The translations under genes and the position numbers were made by a program. A stretch of 64,000 nucleotides of DNA from an uncultured Planctomycetaceae bacterium. Its GTDB lineage: Bacteria; Planctomycetota; Planctomycetia; Planctomycetales; Planctomycetaceae. The stretch's first letter is position 1; each line of letters opens with the position of its first letter. This document shows, piece by piece, positions 42,353-56,517 of the stretch. The DNA is taken from assembly GCA_963813715.1 (NCBI GenBank), contig CAWFAK010000017.1, positions 512,001-576,000 on the forward strand, read 5' to 3'. The notes beneath the pieces were generated by a model that was given only the letters and a program-made list of their open reading frames with translations, made no database searches and was not told the origin of the DNA.

Positions 42353-42456
42353 GGAAAGCTCTCCGTTCTTTCTCGAAAACGGTAATTTTGCGAAACGACG
42401 GCCGGCCGCCGGCGAACGCGTTATTGCGAGACTGTAAAACGCTTCTTAGTGACGGT

Positions 42457-42473
42457 TGCAAAACACGTTCCGG
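42457..42473 (-). promoter_or_regulatory. Putative sigma54 (-24/-12) promoter for the DUF892/DUF6496 operon
   Basis: CCGGAACGTGTTTTGCA: GG-N10-GC with TTTGC, ~105 bp upstream of the start. Confidence 0.5.
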
Positions 42474-42733
42474 CCGCATCGATTCGCCCGCCGCGACGCT
42501 TGCCCGTCACCTCCCCGGGTGGGGTTGGCGACGGTCAATCGTCTTCCAGATGGGATTCGATCGCGGACGTGCGCGGTCCGCCTGAAACCCCTTCGGAGTC
42601 CAGTCCGCGATGCGTGCCGGGGCACCGGTCAAAGCGTTCTCGACAGGCTGCATTGGGGGGTTTACGATTAAGCCGAGTGCCGCAAGAAATTGCGGGCACA
42701 GGCTTTTGGCCGGAGTAGCGGGACAATCTGCTT

Positions 42734-44294
42734 ATGCTGATGACGCGCCGGTATCCTGCCTGGGGGTACCTGATCGCAATTCTCGGGTCGGCGCTTGTCT
42801 TCGCGATGCGCTACAGCACCGACACCCCCCTGCGCGGATTCTTCACGTCGCTCGCCTTTCTGCTGGTCGTGTTGCTGGCCGGCCTGATCGGTGGTTGGAA
42901 ACCGTCGATCCTGACGACCCTCATTTGTCTGGCAAACGAGCGGTTTTTCTTCACCAACCCCAAGCACTCGTTCACGCTCCCCTCCGGCAGCGACACGATG
43001 CGGATGATGGTTTACGGCCTTAGCGGCTTAGCCGTCGGCTTGCTGTGCGAAGGATTGCAACGGGCCTGGGGGCGGGTTGCCGAGCGTCAACGCCAGCTCG
43101 AACGCGAGATGAGCGAGCGGCTGGCCGTGGCGCAGGAGCGGCTCTACCTGGTCGAGCAATTACGCGAGGCCGATCGTCGCAAAGACTTGTTCCTGGCGAC
43201 GTTAGCCCACGAGCTGCGCAATCCGTTGGCTCCGCTGAGCAACGCGTTGGAAGTTTGGGGCATGGTGCAGGAAAACCCGGAGCAGCTGCAAGAGCTCCGC
43301 GCGATGATGCAGCGTCAAATTCGGCAGATGACCCGGTTGATCGACGATCTGCTCGACGTTTCGCGGATCAGCCGCGGGAAAATCTCGCTCCGGGCCAACC
43401 AGGTTGAGATTGGCACCCTTGTGCGCACCGCCGTCGAATCCGTGCAGCCGGTGATCACCGCGCACAAGCAGCGCCTGGAGGTCGCGCTTCCGGAGGAACC
43501 GGTCTACGTCAACGCCGACGCGACACGCGTCTCGCAGGTGATCGGCAACGTGCTGCACAACGCGGCCAAGTACACGCCGGAAGGGGGCCAAATCGCGATC
43601 GGTGTGAAGAGGGATAACGATCGCGTGGTGGTTTCGGTTCGCGATACGGGCTGCGGCATTCCGGCCGAGAAGCTGACGAGTATCTTCGAGATGTTCGAGC
43701 AAGTCGATCAGACCCTCGACCGTTCACAGGGAGGCTTGGGAATCGGCCTGACGTTGGCCAAACGCTTGATCGAAATGAGCGGGGGCTCGATCGAGGCGCG
43801 GAGCGCTGGTCTGGGACAGGGAAGCGAGTTCGTCATCATGCTGCCGGCCGGCCCCGGAGACGAGCGCGCAGTTCGAGCCCTCCCTGAACGCTGTGCCCGC
43901 CGAGTTGCCCCGGCGGCGGATTCTGGTGGTCGACGACATGTACGATTCGGGGACGACGCTCGCGCGCATCCTCCGCGCCATTGGACAGGAGGTGACGATT
44001 GCCCACGACGGTCCAACGGCGCTCGAGCGGGTCCGCGACGTAAAGCCCGAAGTCGTGTTCCTGGATGTCGCCATGCCTCGCATGAACGGATATGAAGTCG
44101 CGCGACGCATCCGCGCGCTCGACGGCGTGGAAACTCCCGTGCTGATTGCGCTGACGGGCTACGGCACGGACGAAGATCGCCGCCGGTCTCGCGAAGCGGG
44201 GATCGATTTTCATCTGACGAAGCCGACCTCGCTCGAGCAGCTGACGGCGGTTTTGTCGCAGGCGAGCGGGGCGCTGGCGACGGGACGGGCGTGA
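42734..44294 (+). CDS. Hybrid sensor histidine kinase / response regulator (DUF4118-like membrane sensor); frameshift near 43880
   Basis: FLATLAHELRNPL; NVLHNAAKYT; DTGCGI; GGLGIGL; receiver ILVVDD...FLDVAMPRMNG...LTGYG...HLTKP. Confidence 0.9.
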
Positions 44295-44338
44295 ATTGGC
44301 GCGGAGATGGTGAGCGGTCCGCGCGCGGGTTCGAACAC

Positions 44339-44380
44339 CCCGCTCACCCCTGCCCTCTCCCCATCGGAATGGGGCGAGGG
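44339..44380. repeat. REP-like hairpin (CCCTCACCCC-GCCCTCTCCC...GGG-GAGGG family) between convergent genes
   Basis: CCCTCTCCCCAT-CGGA-ATGGGGCGAGGG; related hairpin at 59225-59251. Confidence 0.65.
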
Positions 44381-44420
44381 TGGTCGCAGCGGACGACGAT
44401 CGGCGAGAGAGACGCCATCG

Positions 44421-45765
<1,345 letters not shown>

Positions 45766-46014
45766 TCAAGCACACGCGCGTCGTCCGCAAAGTATCAAAG
45801 TATATCGGGGCGTGCGGCGAACCGTCGAGGACTTGGCAGTGTCGTTCTTGCAGCGGTTTTGCCGACGGCCGAGGTGCGCGATGCTTCGCGGTAACCTGTG
45901 GCCTGTCGAGTGCGACGGACAATCGGACGCCACCGGCTGTGATTGCTGGCATTCCCCAAACCTCTTAAGATGAGGCCGATCCGCGGAAATCGCTTAAGAA
46001 AACGGAGATTTTCA

Positions 46015-47037
46015 GTGTTCGAGACCGTCGCCCTGGTCGGCGCCACCGGCGCCGTGGGCCGCATCATGGTGCAGTTGTTGGAAGAGCGGGAATTTGCCGC
46101 CGGCCGGTTCCGCTTTTTGGCCTCGAAGCGCAGCGCCGGTGGAAACTTAAAGTTCCGCGGCCGTGACTACGTGATCGAAGAGCTTACGAAAGACGCGTTT
46201 GCCGGCGTCGACCTGGTCATCTCGTCGACGCCCGACGACGTTGCCCGCGATTACCTGCCGAGCGCCGTCGCCGCCGGGGCCACGGTGATCGACGAATCAG
46301 GCTATTTCCGCATGCGGCCCGAGGTGGCGCTGGTCATCCCCGAGATCAATCCGCAAGCCGCCCTCGATGCCACCGGCATCATCGCCAGCCCTAACTGCTC
46401 GACGACGCAAATGGCGCTCGCGCTCAAGCCGTTGCACGACGCGGCTCGCGTGGTCCGCGTGATCGTCAGCACGTATCAAGCCGTCAGCGGCGCGGGATTG
46501 CAGGGAAACACCGACCTGATCGAGGGGACCAAGTCGCACCTCAACGGTCACGACTATCAGTACCGGGCTTTCGCTCACCCGATCGCTTTCAACGCCATCC
46601 CGCAGATCGGCGGTGTGAAGGAAGAGGGATACACCAGCGAAGAAATGAAGATGGTCTACGAGACGCGCAAGATTCTGGGCGACGACTCGATCAAGATCAG
46701 CGCCACCTGTGTCCGCATCCCCGTCGCCAACTGCCACAGCGAATGCATCACGGTGGAAACCGCCCGCCCGGTCTCGCCGGAGGAGGCCCGCCGGCTGTTT
46801 GCCGCGTTCCCCGGCCTCCGCGTGATCGATGATACGCCCAACGGCAAATATCCCCTGCCCTCGATCTGCTCGGGCAGCGACGACACATTCATCGGCCGTA
46901 TTCGCCGCGACTTGTCACACCCCAACGGCCTCAACTTCTGGTGTGTGAGCGATAACCTCCGCAAGGGAGCGGCCACCAACGCCGTGCAGATTGCCGAGCT
47001 GTTGGCCAGGCACCGTAGTGCAAAGGCGGCCGTTTAA
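46015..47037 (+). CDS. asd: Aspartate-semialdehyde dehydrogenase
   Basis: [54 protein letters not shown] start. Confidence 0.95.
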   Translation: MFETVALVGATGAVGRIMVQLLEEREFAAGRFRFLASKRSAGGNLKFRGRDYVIEELTKDAFAGVDLVISSTPDDVARDYLPSAVAAGATVIDESGYFRMRPEVALVIPEINPQAALDATGIIASPNCSTTQMALALKPLHDAARVVRVIVSTYQAVSGAGLQGNTDLIEGTKSHLNGHDYQYRAFAHPIAFNAIPQIGGVKEEGYTSEEMKMVYETRKILGDDSIKISATCVRIPVANCHSECITVETARPVSPEEARRLFAAFPGLRVIDDTPNGKYPLPSICSGSDDTFIGRIRRDLSHPNGLNFWCVSDNLRKGAATNAVQIAELLARHRSAKAAV

Positions 47038-48317
47038 TGGACGGCTTTCCCTTCCGCGACGGCCAGTTTTACTGCGAGGACGTTCCCCTGCGGGACATCG
47101 CCCGGCAGTTTGGCACGCCCGTCTGGGTCTACTCGAAGAATTATCTCCTCTCCCGGTTCCGCGAAATTCAGACCGCCTTCGCGGCGGCCGAGCCGGTGAT
47201 TTGCTACTCGGTGAAGGCGAACGCCAACCTGACCCTGCTGCGGACGATGCACGAAGCCGGCAGCAGCTTCGATATTGTCTCCGGCGGCGAGTTGTATCGC
47301 GTGAAGGAAGCCGGCGCCGACCTGCGGCGTGTGATTTTCGCAGGGGTCGGCAAGACGGACGAGGAAATTCGCTTCGCCCTCGAGTCGAACATCCTGATGT
47401 TTAACGTCGAGAGCGAGGCCGAACTGGACGCCATCTCCCGTGTCGCCGGTCAGATGGGCCGCAAGGCCCCGGTGGCGCTACGGCTCAATCCCGATGTCGA
47501 CGCCAAGACCCACGCCAAAACGACGACGGGCAAGCGCGGCAACAAGTTCGGCATGGACATCGAGCGGGCGACGGCGCTTGCCGCCAAGGTGCTGGGCGAC
47601 CGCCATCTCGCGCTTTCCGGGATTCACATGCATCTCGGCTCGCCGATCCTCACGACCGATCCGTACGCGCAGGCGGTCGAGAAAGCGGTGAAAGTCGTCG
47701 AGGACTTCCGTCGGAACGGCCACGAGATTCGCTGGATCAATCTGGGCGGCGGCTTCGGCATCAGTTACCGCAAGCAGGAGGGGCCGGCCGCCGACATATA
47801 CGCCAAGGTGATCGTTCCCCCCGTTCGCGAGGCTCGCTGTCAACTGGCGCTCGAGCCGGGGCGATTCATCGTCGGCAATGCCGGCGTGATCGTCAGCGAG
47901 GTGATTTACACCAAGCAGGAAGGGGGCAAGACGTTCGTCATTCAGGACGCGGCTATGAACGATCTCGTTCGTCCGGCGATGTACGATGCGTTTCACCGCA
48001 TCTGGCCGGCCGTTCCTCGCGTCGCTCCACCGGAGGACTACGAAACGGCGGTCGCGGACTGCCAGCCGGTCGACGTGGTCGGACCGATCTGCGAGTCGAG
48101 CGATTACCTGGCCAAGGACCGCTACCTGCCGCCGCTGGAACGGGGCGACGTACTGGTCACGTTTAGCGCCGGGGCATACGGCATGGCGATGAGCAGCAAT
48201 TACAACAGCCGACCCCGCGCGGCCGAGGTCCTGGTCGACGGCAAGTCGGTCGAGCTGATTCGCCGGCGTGAGACTTATGCCGACATCGTCAGCCACGAAT
48301 TGATGGCCGCTCGCTGA
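47037..48317 (+). CDS. lysA: Diaminopimelate decarboxylase
   Basis: [53 protein letters not shown]. Confidence 0.96.
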   Translation: MDGFPFRDGQFYCEDVPLRDIARQFGTPVWVYSKNYLLSRFREIQTAFAAAEPVICYSVKANANLTLLRTMHEAGSSFDIVSGGELYRVKEAGADLRRVIFAGVGKTDEEIRFALESNILMFNVESEAELDAISRVAGQMGRKAPVALRLNPDVDAKTHAKTTTGKRGNKFGMDIERATALAAKVLGDRHLALSGIHMHLGSPILTTDPYAQAVEKAVKVVEDFRRNGHEIRWINLGGGFGISYRKQEGPAADIYAKVIVPPVREARCQLALEPGRFIVGNAGVIVSEVIYTKQEGGKTFVIQDAAMNDLVRPAMYDAFHRIWPAVPRVAPPEDYETAVADCQPVDVVGPICESSDYLAKDRYLPPLERGDVLVTFSAGAYGMAMSSNYNSRPRAAEVLVDGKSVELIRRRETYADIVSHELMAAR

Positions 48318-48998
48318 GCGCCGCGCTGAGTCCGGCCAGCACCTGCTCGCTGTGCGCGGTCCAGCCGACGATTCCCCCTTGCGCCGCACCATCGCCAGCG
48401 TGGCCTGCTTGAATTCGGGGAAATAACTTTCCGTCCCGTCTTCGACGAGCAGGCATTCGTAGCCGCGATCGTTGGCTTCGCGCATCGTGGTCTGCACGCA
48501 AACCTCGGTCGTCACGCCCGTCAGCAACAGGTGCGTGACGCCCCGCTCTCGCAGTTGGGTGTGCAGATCGGTCGCATGGAACGCGCCCTTGCCGGGCTTG
48601 GCAATCACGACCTCTCCGTCGCGCGGTCGCAGCGGTTCGATAAAGTCGTTTCCCGGCTCGCCGTCGACAAGAATGCGCCCCATCGGCCCGTGATCGCCGA
48701 TGCGCAGCCCGTCACCTCGCCCGCGAGATCGCTTGCTCGGCGGACAATCGGCCAGATCAGGGCGATGGCATTCCTTGGTATGAACGACGGTGAGGCCGGC
48801 TTCGCGGAACGCAGCGAGCAGCCGCGCCACGGGTTCCACGGCCGGCTCGAGATGATGCACTTTGTTACCGAGCGCCGCGCCAAACCCGCCCGGCTCGATG
48901 AAATCGCGCTGCATGTCGATGATCACGAGCGCGAGCTGATCCGGACGAAAGACGTATTCGTAGGGGTCGGCGGCGATCGTGGCGAGAGTCGAGTTCAT
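48289..48998 (-). CDS. trtA: Cysteine hydrolase (isochorismatase fold), triuret hydrolase-like; frameshift near 48385
   Basis: [79 protein letters not shown]. Strongly resembles the TrtA subfamily; D-K-C triad present. Confidence 0.8.
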
Positions 48999-49036
48999 GG
49001 CGGTGTACTGCGGCCGGGCACCTGCCGGCGAGACTG

Positions 49037-50626
49037 TTAATGGCCGGCCATGTGCCGGCCGATGACGTGGCGGTCGGCTTCTTTGGCCGGTGTTTCGTAA
49101 ACGATTCGTCCTTCGGAGATCACCAGGATGCGGTCGGCCAGCTCGAGGATTTCGTCCAAATCCTCCGAGACTAGGAGGACTGCAGCGCCTCGGTTGCGGG
49201 CCTCCATAATTTGCGAACGAATTTCCGCGACGGCCTGAAAGTCGAGTCCGAAACAGGGATTGGCCACGATCAGCACTTCCACTTCCTCGCCCAGCTCGCG
49301 GGCCAGCACGGCGCGTTGCACATTGCCGCCCGACAAATGGCCGATCTTGGCGGTCGGCGAATTCGGGCGGATGCGATAGCGGCCGATTAGATCGGCGGCC
49401 CGGTGCCGCATGGCTCGCGGGTTCACCAGCTTTCGCAGCCGCGTCATGTGCGGCCGATCGAAGACGCGAAAGGCCAGATTCTCGGCGACCGTCATGTTGC
49501 CGACGCACGCATTCTGCAGCGGCATTTCCGGCAGCACATGAAAGCGGTGTCGTCGCATCTCGTGGCGGACGGCGCGGTAAAGCTCGCCGGCGACGAGGAC
49601 TTGCCCGCCGGTCGCTTCGCACTGGCCAGCCAAAACCTGGACCAGCTCGCGCTGGCCGTTCCCGGACACGCCGGCAATCCCGACGATCTCGTGTGCGCGA
49701 ACGCGCAACGACAGCTGCGACAGGGCCTCGACCCCCGTTTCGTCGTCGGCCGCCAAATCGCGGATCTCGAGTCGCACGTGTTTTTCGGCGTGGCCGTTGG
49801 TGCCTTTGCGGGCGGCCTGTGCAGGAAGCTCGGCGTGGCCCATCATCATCTGGGCCATCGCCTCGGGGGTCAGGTCGCGGACAGAGCCTTCGCCCATCAG
49901 CTGGCCTTGTCGCAGCACGGAGACTTCGTCGCAGAACGCCATCACTTCGCGGAACTTGTGCGTGATCATCAACACGCTCAGGCGGCCTTCGGTGCACATA
50001 CGGCGGACCATGCCCAAGATTTCGTCCGCCTCGTCGGGCGTGAGCACCGAGGTCGGCTCGTCCAGGATCAGCACTTTGCGGCGGAGGTAAAGCTGCTTGA
50101 GAATTTCGACTTTTTGCTTCTCGCCGGCCGACAGGTTACGGACCATCGCCTTGGGCTCGACGCGAAAGGGCATCGTCTGCATGAAGGCCTCGAGCTGTGC
50201 GGTCTTGGCCTTCCAGTTGACGACGGCGGGCACGTGTTCCCGGGCCATAAGCAGGTTTTCGACGACGCTCATGTTTTCGACGAGCGTGAAGTGCTGGTAG
50301 ACCATGCCGATGCCGAGCGCGTGGGCTTGCCGAGGGTTTTTCAGCTCGACCTCGTGCGTGCTGACGCGCACCGAGCCACTGTCGGCCCGGTAGGTTCCCA
50401 TGATGCATTTGACCAGCGTGCTCTTGCCCGCCCCGTTCTCGCCCAAGAGCGCGCGAAAATTGCCGGGGGCGAGCGTCATCGACACATCGGTGAGGGCCTT
50501 GAGAGCCCCAAACCGCTTCGAGAGATGGTGCACCTCGATCCGCGGCGGCGCGTCCGCCGGCAGCACGGCCGATGGTACTGGACGTTCGATCGTGTCGTCG
50601 TCGGGGACGGAGAGTGTCGTCGTCAT
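49037..50626 (-). CDS. ABC transporter ATP-binding protein (CUT2/nucleoside type, two ABC domains)
   Basis: [37 protein letters not shown]. Confidence 0.93.
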   Translation of the reverse strand: MTTTLSVPDDDTIERPVPSAVLPADAPPRIEVHHLSKRFGALKALTDVSMTLAPGNFRALLGENGAGKSTLVKCIMGTYRADSGSVRVSTHEVELKNPRQAHALGIGMVYQHFTLVENMSVVENLLMAREHVPAVVNWKAKTAQLEAFMQTMPFRVEPKAMVRNLSAGEKQKVEILKQLYLRRKVLILDEPTSVLTPDEADEILGMVRRMCTEGRLSVLMITHKFREVMAFCDEVSVLRQGQLMGEGSVRDLTPEAMAQMMMGHAELPAQAARKGTNGHAEKHVRLEIRDLAADDETGVEALSQLSLRVRAHEIVGIAGVSGNGQRELVQVLAGQCEATGGQVLVAGELYRAVRHEMRRHRFHVLPEMPLQNACVGNMTVAENLAFRVFDRPHMTRLRKLVNPRAMRHRAADLIGRYRIRPNSPTAKIGHLSGGNVQRAVLARELGEEVEVLIVANPCFGLDFQAVAEIRSQIMEARNRGAAVLLVSEDLDEILELADRILVISEGRIVYETPAKEADRHVIGRHMAGH

Positions 50627-51306
50627 CCCAGCACCTCCAGCAGGGCCCGCGACGGCGCAATGGCGCCGAACACGCCCCCTTGCATCGTGACCATCTTGAG
50701 GGCGGACCGATGGTTCTCGTAATCCGTCGCGCCGCAGCAGTCTTCTAACAACAGGCACTCGAAGCCGCGGTCGTTCGCCTCGCGCATGGTGGTGTGCACG
50801 CAGACGTCGGTGGTAATGCCGGCGAGAATCAGGTTTTCGATTGCCCGCTGGCGGAGGATGAGTTCCAAATCGGTCGCGCAGAACGAGCCTTTGCCCGGTT
50901 TGTCGATGATCACTTCGCCCGGACGCGGAGCCAGCTCAGGAATGATTTCCCAGCCGGCCTCGCCGCGCACCAGGATGCGGCCGCAGGGACCGGGGTCGCC
51001 GATTCCGGCGCCGATCCGCTGCGAGCGCCAGCGTTTGTTGGCCGGCAAGTCGGACAGGTCGGGCCGATGTCCTTCGCGCGTGTGCAAGATGGTGAAGCCT
51101 CGTTTGCGGAGGGCGGCAAGGACTGCTTGAATGGGTTTGATCGGCGCGCGGGTCAGCGAGATGTCATAACCCATCGCGTCGACATAGCCCCCCTTGCCGC
51201 AGAAGTCGGTCTGCATGTCGATCACGATCAGGGCCGTGTTCGTGGGCTCGAGTCGTCCGCTGTAGGGCCACGGATACGGATTGGCTGCGACGGTTGTGGT
51301 GGGCAT
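50623..51306 (-). CDS. biuH: Biuret amidohydrolase (cysteine hydrolase)
   Basis: [98 protein letters not shown]. Closely matches the BiuH pattern. Confidence 0.9.
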   Translation of the reverse strand: MPTTTVAANPYPWPYSGRLEPTNTALIVIDMQTDFCGKGGYVDAMGYDISLTRAPIKPIQAVLAALRKRGFTILHTREGHRPDLSDLPANKRWRSQRIGAGIGDPGPCGRILVRGEAGWEIIPELAPRPGEVIIDKPGKGSFCATDLELILRQRAIENLILAGITTDVCVHTTMREANDRGFECLLLEDCCGATDYENHRSALKMVTMQGGVFGAIAPSRALLEVLG

Positions 51307-51309
51307 GGG

Positions 51310-52332
51310 TCACCGCACTCGTGAGAGTTCGGCTGGTGCGCCGACCATCGCCCGCAACCGCGAGCAGGTCACCACCATGATCAAGAGCGTCAGCACGTAG
51401 GGGGCCGCGAACCAGAGGTAAGCGACCGAGGCCGACGTGAGATTCTGCCCCTGCATGGCCACGCCGAGCGTGCCCACTCCGCCAAACAACAGCGACGCGA
51501 ACAGACAACGGACGGGACTCCAGCGGGCAAAAATGACGAGGGCGACGGCCATCAGTCCCTGGCCGGAGGAAATCTGCTCGGACCAGGAGCCGGGATAATA
51601 GAGCGACAAGTAGCTGCCGCCGACGCCCGCCAGAGCACCGCCCACCGCCGTCGCCACCAGTCGAATTCGCGGGACGGAGTAGCCCATCGCCGCGGCCGCC
51701 TCTTCGCTCTCACCGGCTAGCCGGAGGATCATCCCCCATCGCGTGTTCTTGAGGACCCACGCAAGTGTCGGCGCGAGAATTACCCCGACGACAAACAGCG
51801 CGTTGATCCGCAGGGCGTCCTGCACCTGCTCGATCGAAGACCAGAAACCGAGATTGATCGCCGGAAGTTTCGGCGCACTTGGCTGGATGTAGGGCTTCCC
51901 CAGGTAGAACGCCAACCCCATGCCGAAGAGCATCATCGCGATGCCGACGGCGATATAGTTGACCCGCGGCAGATTGCACATCGCAGCGTGCAGGGCACCT
52001 AGCAGGGCACCGACGCCGGCAGCCGCCAGCACGCCGACCCAGGGGGAGCCGGTCTTATAACTGATGGCGAAGCCGGTCATGGCGCCCATCACCAGTGTCC
52101 CCTCGAGGCCGAGGTTCACGCGGCCCGATTTTTCGGTGATGCATTCGCCCAGGCTGACGAACAGAAACGGCGTCCCCACCTTGTGCGCGCCGGCGATCAC
52201 TGCGATCACCAGGCCCCACAAGCCGAGATCAGTGGCCGAGCTGGCCGCTCCGAGCGGCATCGGGGCGACGCGAAAGCCCCGCGCGAAGTCAAACAGCGCC
52301 GCGAAGTCGAGCTGGGCGAACAGTCCGCTCAT
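51310..52332 (-). CDS. ABC transporter permease (BPD_transp_2)
   Basis: GECITEKSGRVNLGLEG; GQGLMAVALVIFARWSP; APYVLT. Confidence 0.92.
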   Translation of the reverse strand: MSGLFAQLDFAALFDFARGFRVAPMPLGAASSATDLGLWGLVIAVIAGAHKVGTPFLFVSLGECITEKSGRVNLGLEGTLVMGAMTGFAISYKTGSPWVGVLAAAGVGALLGALHAAMCNLPRVNYIAVGIAMMLFGMGLAFYLGKPYIQPSAPKLPAINLGFWSSIEQVQDALRINALFVVGVILAPTLAWVLKNTRWGMILRLAGESEEAAAAMGYSVPRIRLVATAVGGALAGVGGSYLSLYYPGSWSEQISSGQGLMAVALVIFARWSPVRCLFASLLFGGVGTLGVAMQGQNLTSASVAYLWFAAPYVLTLLIMVVTCSRLRAMVGAPAELSRVR

Positions 52333-53392
52333 GCGGCGACCGCCTCGCGCACTTCGCGCGGCTGGAAGATCCGCAGACGGCCGTATAGCGACTCTGAGAG
52401 CAGGATCATCACGAAGATGATGCCCATCAACACTTGGACCGAGGCGTCCGGAATCTGCAGCCGTCGCTGCATGATGCCCGAAGCGGCCCCCAACCCGCCG
52501 AAGAGCACGGCCGCCGGAATGATTCCCAGCGGATGATGCCGCGCGATGAATGAGACCAAAATTCCCGTGAAGCCGTAGCCAGCAATCAATGAGCCGTTTG
52601 CTTGGTGATGCACGGCAGCCACTTCGACCATTCCGGCCAGTCCGGCCGCGGCTCCGCCGAGGCGCAAGTCACGAGGATCAGCCGGCCTACCGGCAAACCG
52701 GCCGCTTGCGCCGCCCGCATGTTGCCGCCCGCCATCCGCGCGGCAAACCCGAACGTCGTATGGTCCATCAGTATCCAGGCGAGCACGCACGCCACGATGC
52801 CGTAGGCCAGGCCCCAGTGGACGTCGAGGGCGAACATCTTGCCGAGCGCGGCTTCGTTCGGGATTGGGTAGGTCGCCGGCTTGTTCAAGCTCGACGGATC
52901 GCGCATCGGCCCTTCGACGAGGAAGTTGAAAACGTTGATTGCGATGTACGCCAACAGCAGGCTCGAAATGGTCGCGTTCACACCCCGCCAGTAGCGGAGT
53001 GCTCCGCACAAGAGGATTAGCAGTCCTCCGGCAACGCAGGCGGCTGCCGCCATGCCGAACTGGATCGCGTATGGAGAGTGGCCGGCGAGCAACAGTCCCG
53101 TGCCCGCCGCCGCCAGCCCACCCAAGGCCAGCGAACCTTCGCCACCAATGACGATCAGTCCCAGCCGCGCGGGCAGCGCCGTGCAAAGGGCGGCGAGAAT
53201 CAGCGGGGCGGCCCGCGTGAGCGAGTATTGCCAGGAGAATTTTGTGCCGAACGAGCCGATGTACATCCAATGAAACAGTTCGCCCGGGCGAACGTGCGCG
53301 AACAGAAACATGAACGCGCCGAAGATCACCAGCGAGGCCACGAGCGCGCCCAATGTGATCGTCAAGGTTTCGGCGAGGGAACGGCTATTCAT
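52329..53392 (-). CDS. ABC transporter permease; frameshift near 52660
   Basis: RAAPLIL..LPARLGLIVIGGEG; GVNATISSLLL; AGLAGMVEV; GYGFTGILVSFIARHHP. Confidence 0.9.
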
Positions 53393-53425
53393 CGAACGCT
53401 CGGCTATGGGGCTGCACGGCCACGG

Positions 53426-54570
53426 CTATCGGCCCTGCACGCCTTCCACCAGGTAATCCATGCTTTCCAGCTCGCTCGCGGTCTGTGGGTATTCCTTCCC
53501 CTTGGGAATCACGACCTTGCCTTCGTTGTCTTTCAATTCGCCTTTGTAGATCACGAAGGTGCCCGTCATCAGCTTGGCCTTGGCCGTCTCGGCCGCGAGC
53601 TTTGCTTTGTCGGTGACCATCGATCCGTAGGGCGACGTCTTGACGATGCCTTCCTTCAGTCCGCCGCGGACCAGATTCGGCAGCTTCTTGCCGGCCTGAT
53701 ACAGACGGATGTAATCGGTGTAGACCTTTTCCCAGTTCCACTCGGCGCCGGTGAGATAACCGTTCGGTGCGAGGCTGGCCTGGCTGCAATGATAGCCGCA
53801 GGTGTAGATGCCGCGTTTCTCGGCGTTCTCGACGACCACCTTCGGGCTGTCGACGTGGCAGGTGATCACGTCGACTCCCTGGTTGATCAAGTTGTTGGTT
53901 GCCTCGGCCTCTTTCACCGGCATCGACCAGTCGCCGGTGAAGATCACCAGGCAAGTGATCGTGGGGTCGACGCTGCGTGCGCCGAGCGCGAAGGCGTTGA
54001 TGTTCCGCCGCACTTGCGGGATCGGCTTGGCGGCTACGAAACCGAGCTTCTTCGACTTGCTCATGTGCCCGGCGACGATGCCGCTGAGGTACTGGCACTC
54101 GTCGATGAAGCCGAAGTAGCTCCCCACGTTTTTTGGATGCACGCCTTCCTTCCAGAGTCCGCCGCAATGCAGGAACATCACGTCGGGGAATTTCTTGGCC
54201 ATCTCGAGCACGTGCGGATCGAAATAGCCGAAGGACGTGGGAAAGACGATCTTCGCCCCGTCGAGCTCGATCATGCTTTCCATGGTTTTCTGGACGTCGA
54301 TCGTTTCGGCCACGCGTTCTTCCTCGCGGACGAGCACTCCGTCCATTTTGCGGACTGCCGCGGCGCCGTCCGCGTGGGCCTGGTTGTAGCCGTAATCGTC
54401 GCGGGGCCCGACGTAGATGAAGCCGACGCCGATCTTACCTCCGCCCGATTCGCCGCCGGCCGACGTGGTGGTGGCCGCGCTGTCGCCGCAGCCGGAGAGT
54501 CCGGCCGCCAGAAGCAGCGGGGCGACCCAGAGCGCCGGCGAAGGGGGAGGTTTCGAGAGGTCGTCGTCAT
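53426..54570 (-). CDS. BMP-family ABC substrate-binding lipoprotein (in frame with atzF in this assembly; probable own start at 54570 with a frameshift)
   Basis: Lipobox LSGC after LWVAPLLLAAG; GFIYVGPRDDYGYNQAH; PTSFGYF; AAKPIPQV..NINAF; HVDSP. Confidence 0.85.
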
Positions 54571-54600
54571 GCGCAGGTTTCCACTCATCAGGAGGCAGAG

Positions 54601-56440
54601 TTACGCGTCGGCGGGTTTCAGCTCGGCGCGAGTCGCGCGGCCGTGAGCTTTGTTCGCGGAAGGCGACCCAGCCGCCGAACTCCGTGATGTCGCGGGCGGT
54701 CGCGGCGGCCGAGGATTCGCAGAGAAAGCCTTTGACCTTCGCGCCATCTTCCAATTCGACGGTGCCGATTGCCAGCGGCGGAGCGACCGACGCGACAAGG
54801 CGTCCGAACCCTTCGTACGGCAGGTCGTAGACTTCGACCGTCACCGCTCCGCCTCCCGCCTCGGTCTGCAACAGCCCCGGGCGCGGCGGATCAAGTTCGA
54901 GGAAGGCGAAGAAGCGGTATTTGGCCGCCGTGCGACACGTGCGGACGAAGCGAGCGCCGAACTGTCGCAGCGCCGGGTGCAGCGGCTGGTTCCGCAAGTG
55001 GGCTCCCGCCACCGAGACACGCACCCAGCCCTCTGCTGCCTCGTTCGTCTTCTTGACGGCGACTCGTTCGATCGGCGGAAGACGGGCCTGCGTCGCGCCC
55101 AGCGGCAGGTCGAGTTGTCGTTGCCACCAAGCGCCGATCTCGCACAACCGCCGCTCTCTGCCCGCGCGGGCCAGCAGCGTGATGCCAAACGGCAAGCCCG
55201 ACTCGGTGAAGCCGGCCGGCACCGCGATCGCGCACAGTCCGAGCAAGTTGGCGAAATTCGTATAAGTTCCCAGCCGGCGGCTCCAGCCCAGCGAATCGGC
55301 CTGCACTTCGGCCAGCGTCGGCAGCGTGGGGAACGTCGGCAAGACCAGCACGTCGGCGTGTTCGAAGACCGGCAGGCAAGTTTCTTTCAATTCCGCCAGC
55401 CGATGCTGCGCGCGGAACACGTCGACGGCGGAGTACCTGGCTCCCTGCTCGATGATTGCACGCGTCACCGGATAGACGTCACGCGGGTGGTCGGAAAAAA
55501 AAGTTTGCATGGCGGACAATCGCTCGGCCACCCACGGACCCTCATAGAGCAACTGGGCCGTCTCGCGGAAGGGGCCAAAGGCGATCGTTTGCCGCCGGCA
55601 TCCGGCCGCCTCGAGCCTCGCCAGGGATTGGCGAAAGAGGTCGGACCGCTCGGCGTCACCGCAGAATTCGAGTTCCTCTGCGGCGGCGACGGCGAAGGAA
55701 AACGGGCCGATCTCCGAGTCACTCGGAGGCGGCGCCTCGCCGGCGGCCAGCGAGAACAAGACTTCGGCGTCGTGCGCGGTCAGCGCGAGAAACGCGACGC
55801 AATCGAGCGACGCGCAAGACGGGACGACTCCTTGTGTGCTCAGCCGCCCGTGCGACTGCTTGAAGCCGACAACATTGTTGGCTCCCGCGGGCACACGGCC
55901 AGAACCGGCCGTGTCTGTCCCCAAGGCAAAGCTCACCAGTCCGGCAGCCACCGCCACCGCCGACCCCGAACTCGAGCCGCCCGAGATGTACTCCGGACGA
56001 AAGACGTTGCGGCACGCGCCGTACGGACTGCGGTCGCCGGCCAGGCCGGTGCCGAACTGGTCGAGATTGTTCTTGCCGATGGGGATCGCCCCCGCGTCGA
56101 TGAGCCGCTGCACGACGGGCGACGAATGCTTGGGGATATAGGAATAGGCGGGGCACGCTGCCGTCGTGGGGTGGCCGGCCAGGTCAATGCTGTCTTTGAT
56201 GCCGAAGGGGACACCGAAGAGCGGCAAGCGCTCGCCGGCGGCCCATTGGCGTTCCAGCCGGCTGGCCCGCTCCAGCAGTTCGTCTTTGGGAACGAGGTAG
56301 GTCCAGACGGCTCGGTCTGAGTAGGCGGCGATCCGCTCGAGGACCAACTCGATGATGTCGCTCGGTGTGGCTTCGCGAGCTTGGTAAACTCGCGCCAGAG
56401 ACCTCAGATCGAGGCTCGAAATCTCGTACGCTGGCCGCAT
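54601..56440 (-). CDS. atzF: Allophanate hydrolase (amidase signature + C-terminal domain)
   Basis: GVPFGIKDSID; GKNNLDQFGTGL; GGSSSGS; GTDTAGSGRVPA; LLYEGPWVAER; VAGAHL; PLAIGTVEL; DITEFGGW. Confidence 0.93.
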
Positions 56441-56501
56441 CTAAACCCGCGCTGGTACAGGGGCTCGTACGTTGGAGGGAGGTTGGATCCGGAAGGGAAT
56501 C

Positions 56502-56517
56502 GCACGACTTATGCCAA
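56502..56517 (-). promoter_or_regulatory. Putative sigma54 promoter of the atzF-ABC-biuH-trtA operon
   Basis: TTGGCATAAGTCGTGC: TGGCA plus GG-N10-GC, ~60 bp upstream of the atzF ATG. Confidence 0.65.

Noticed and set aside
47478..49997. 839-aa ORF on the - strand
   Set aside because: It is a chimera of an off-frame ABC ATPase segment, the trtA-like gene and lysA antisense, created by a frameshift near 48385.
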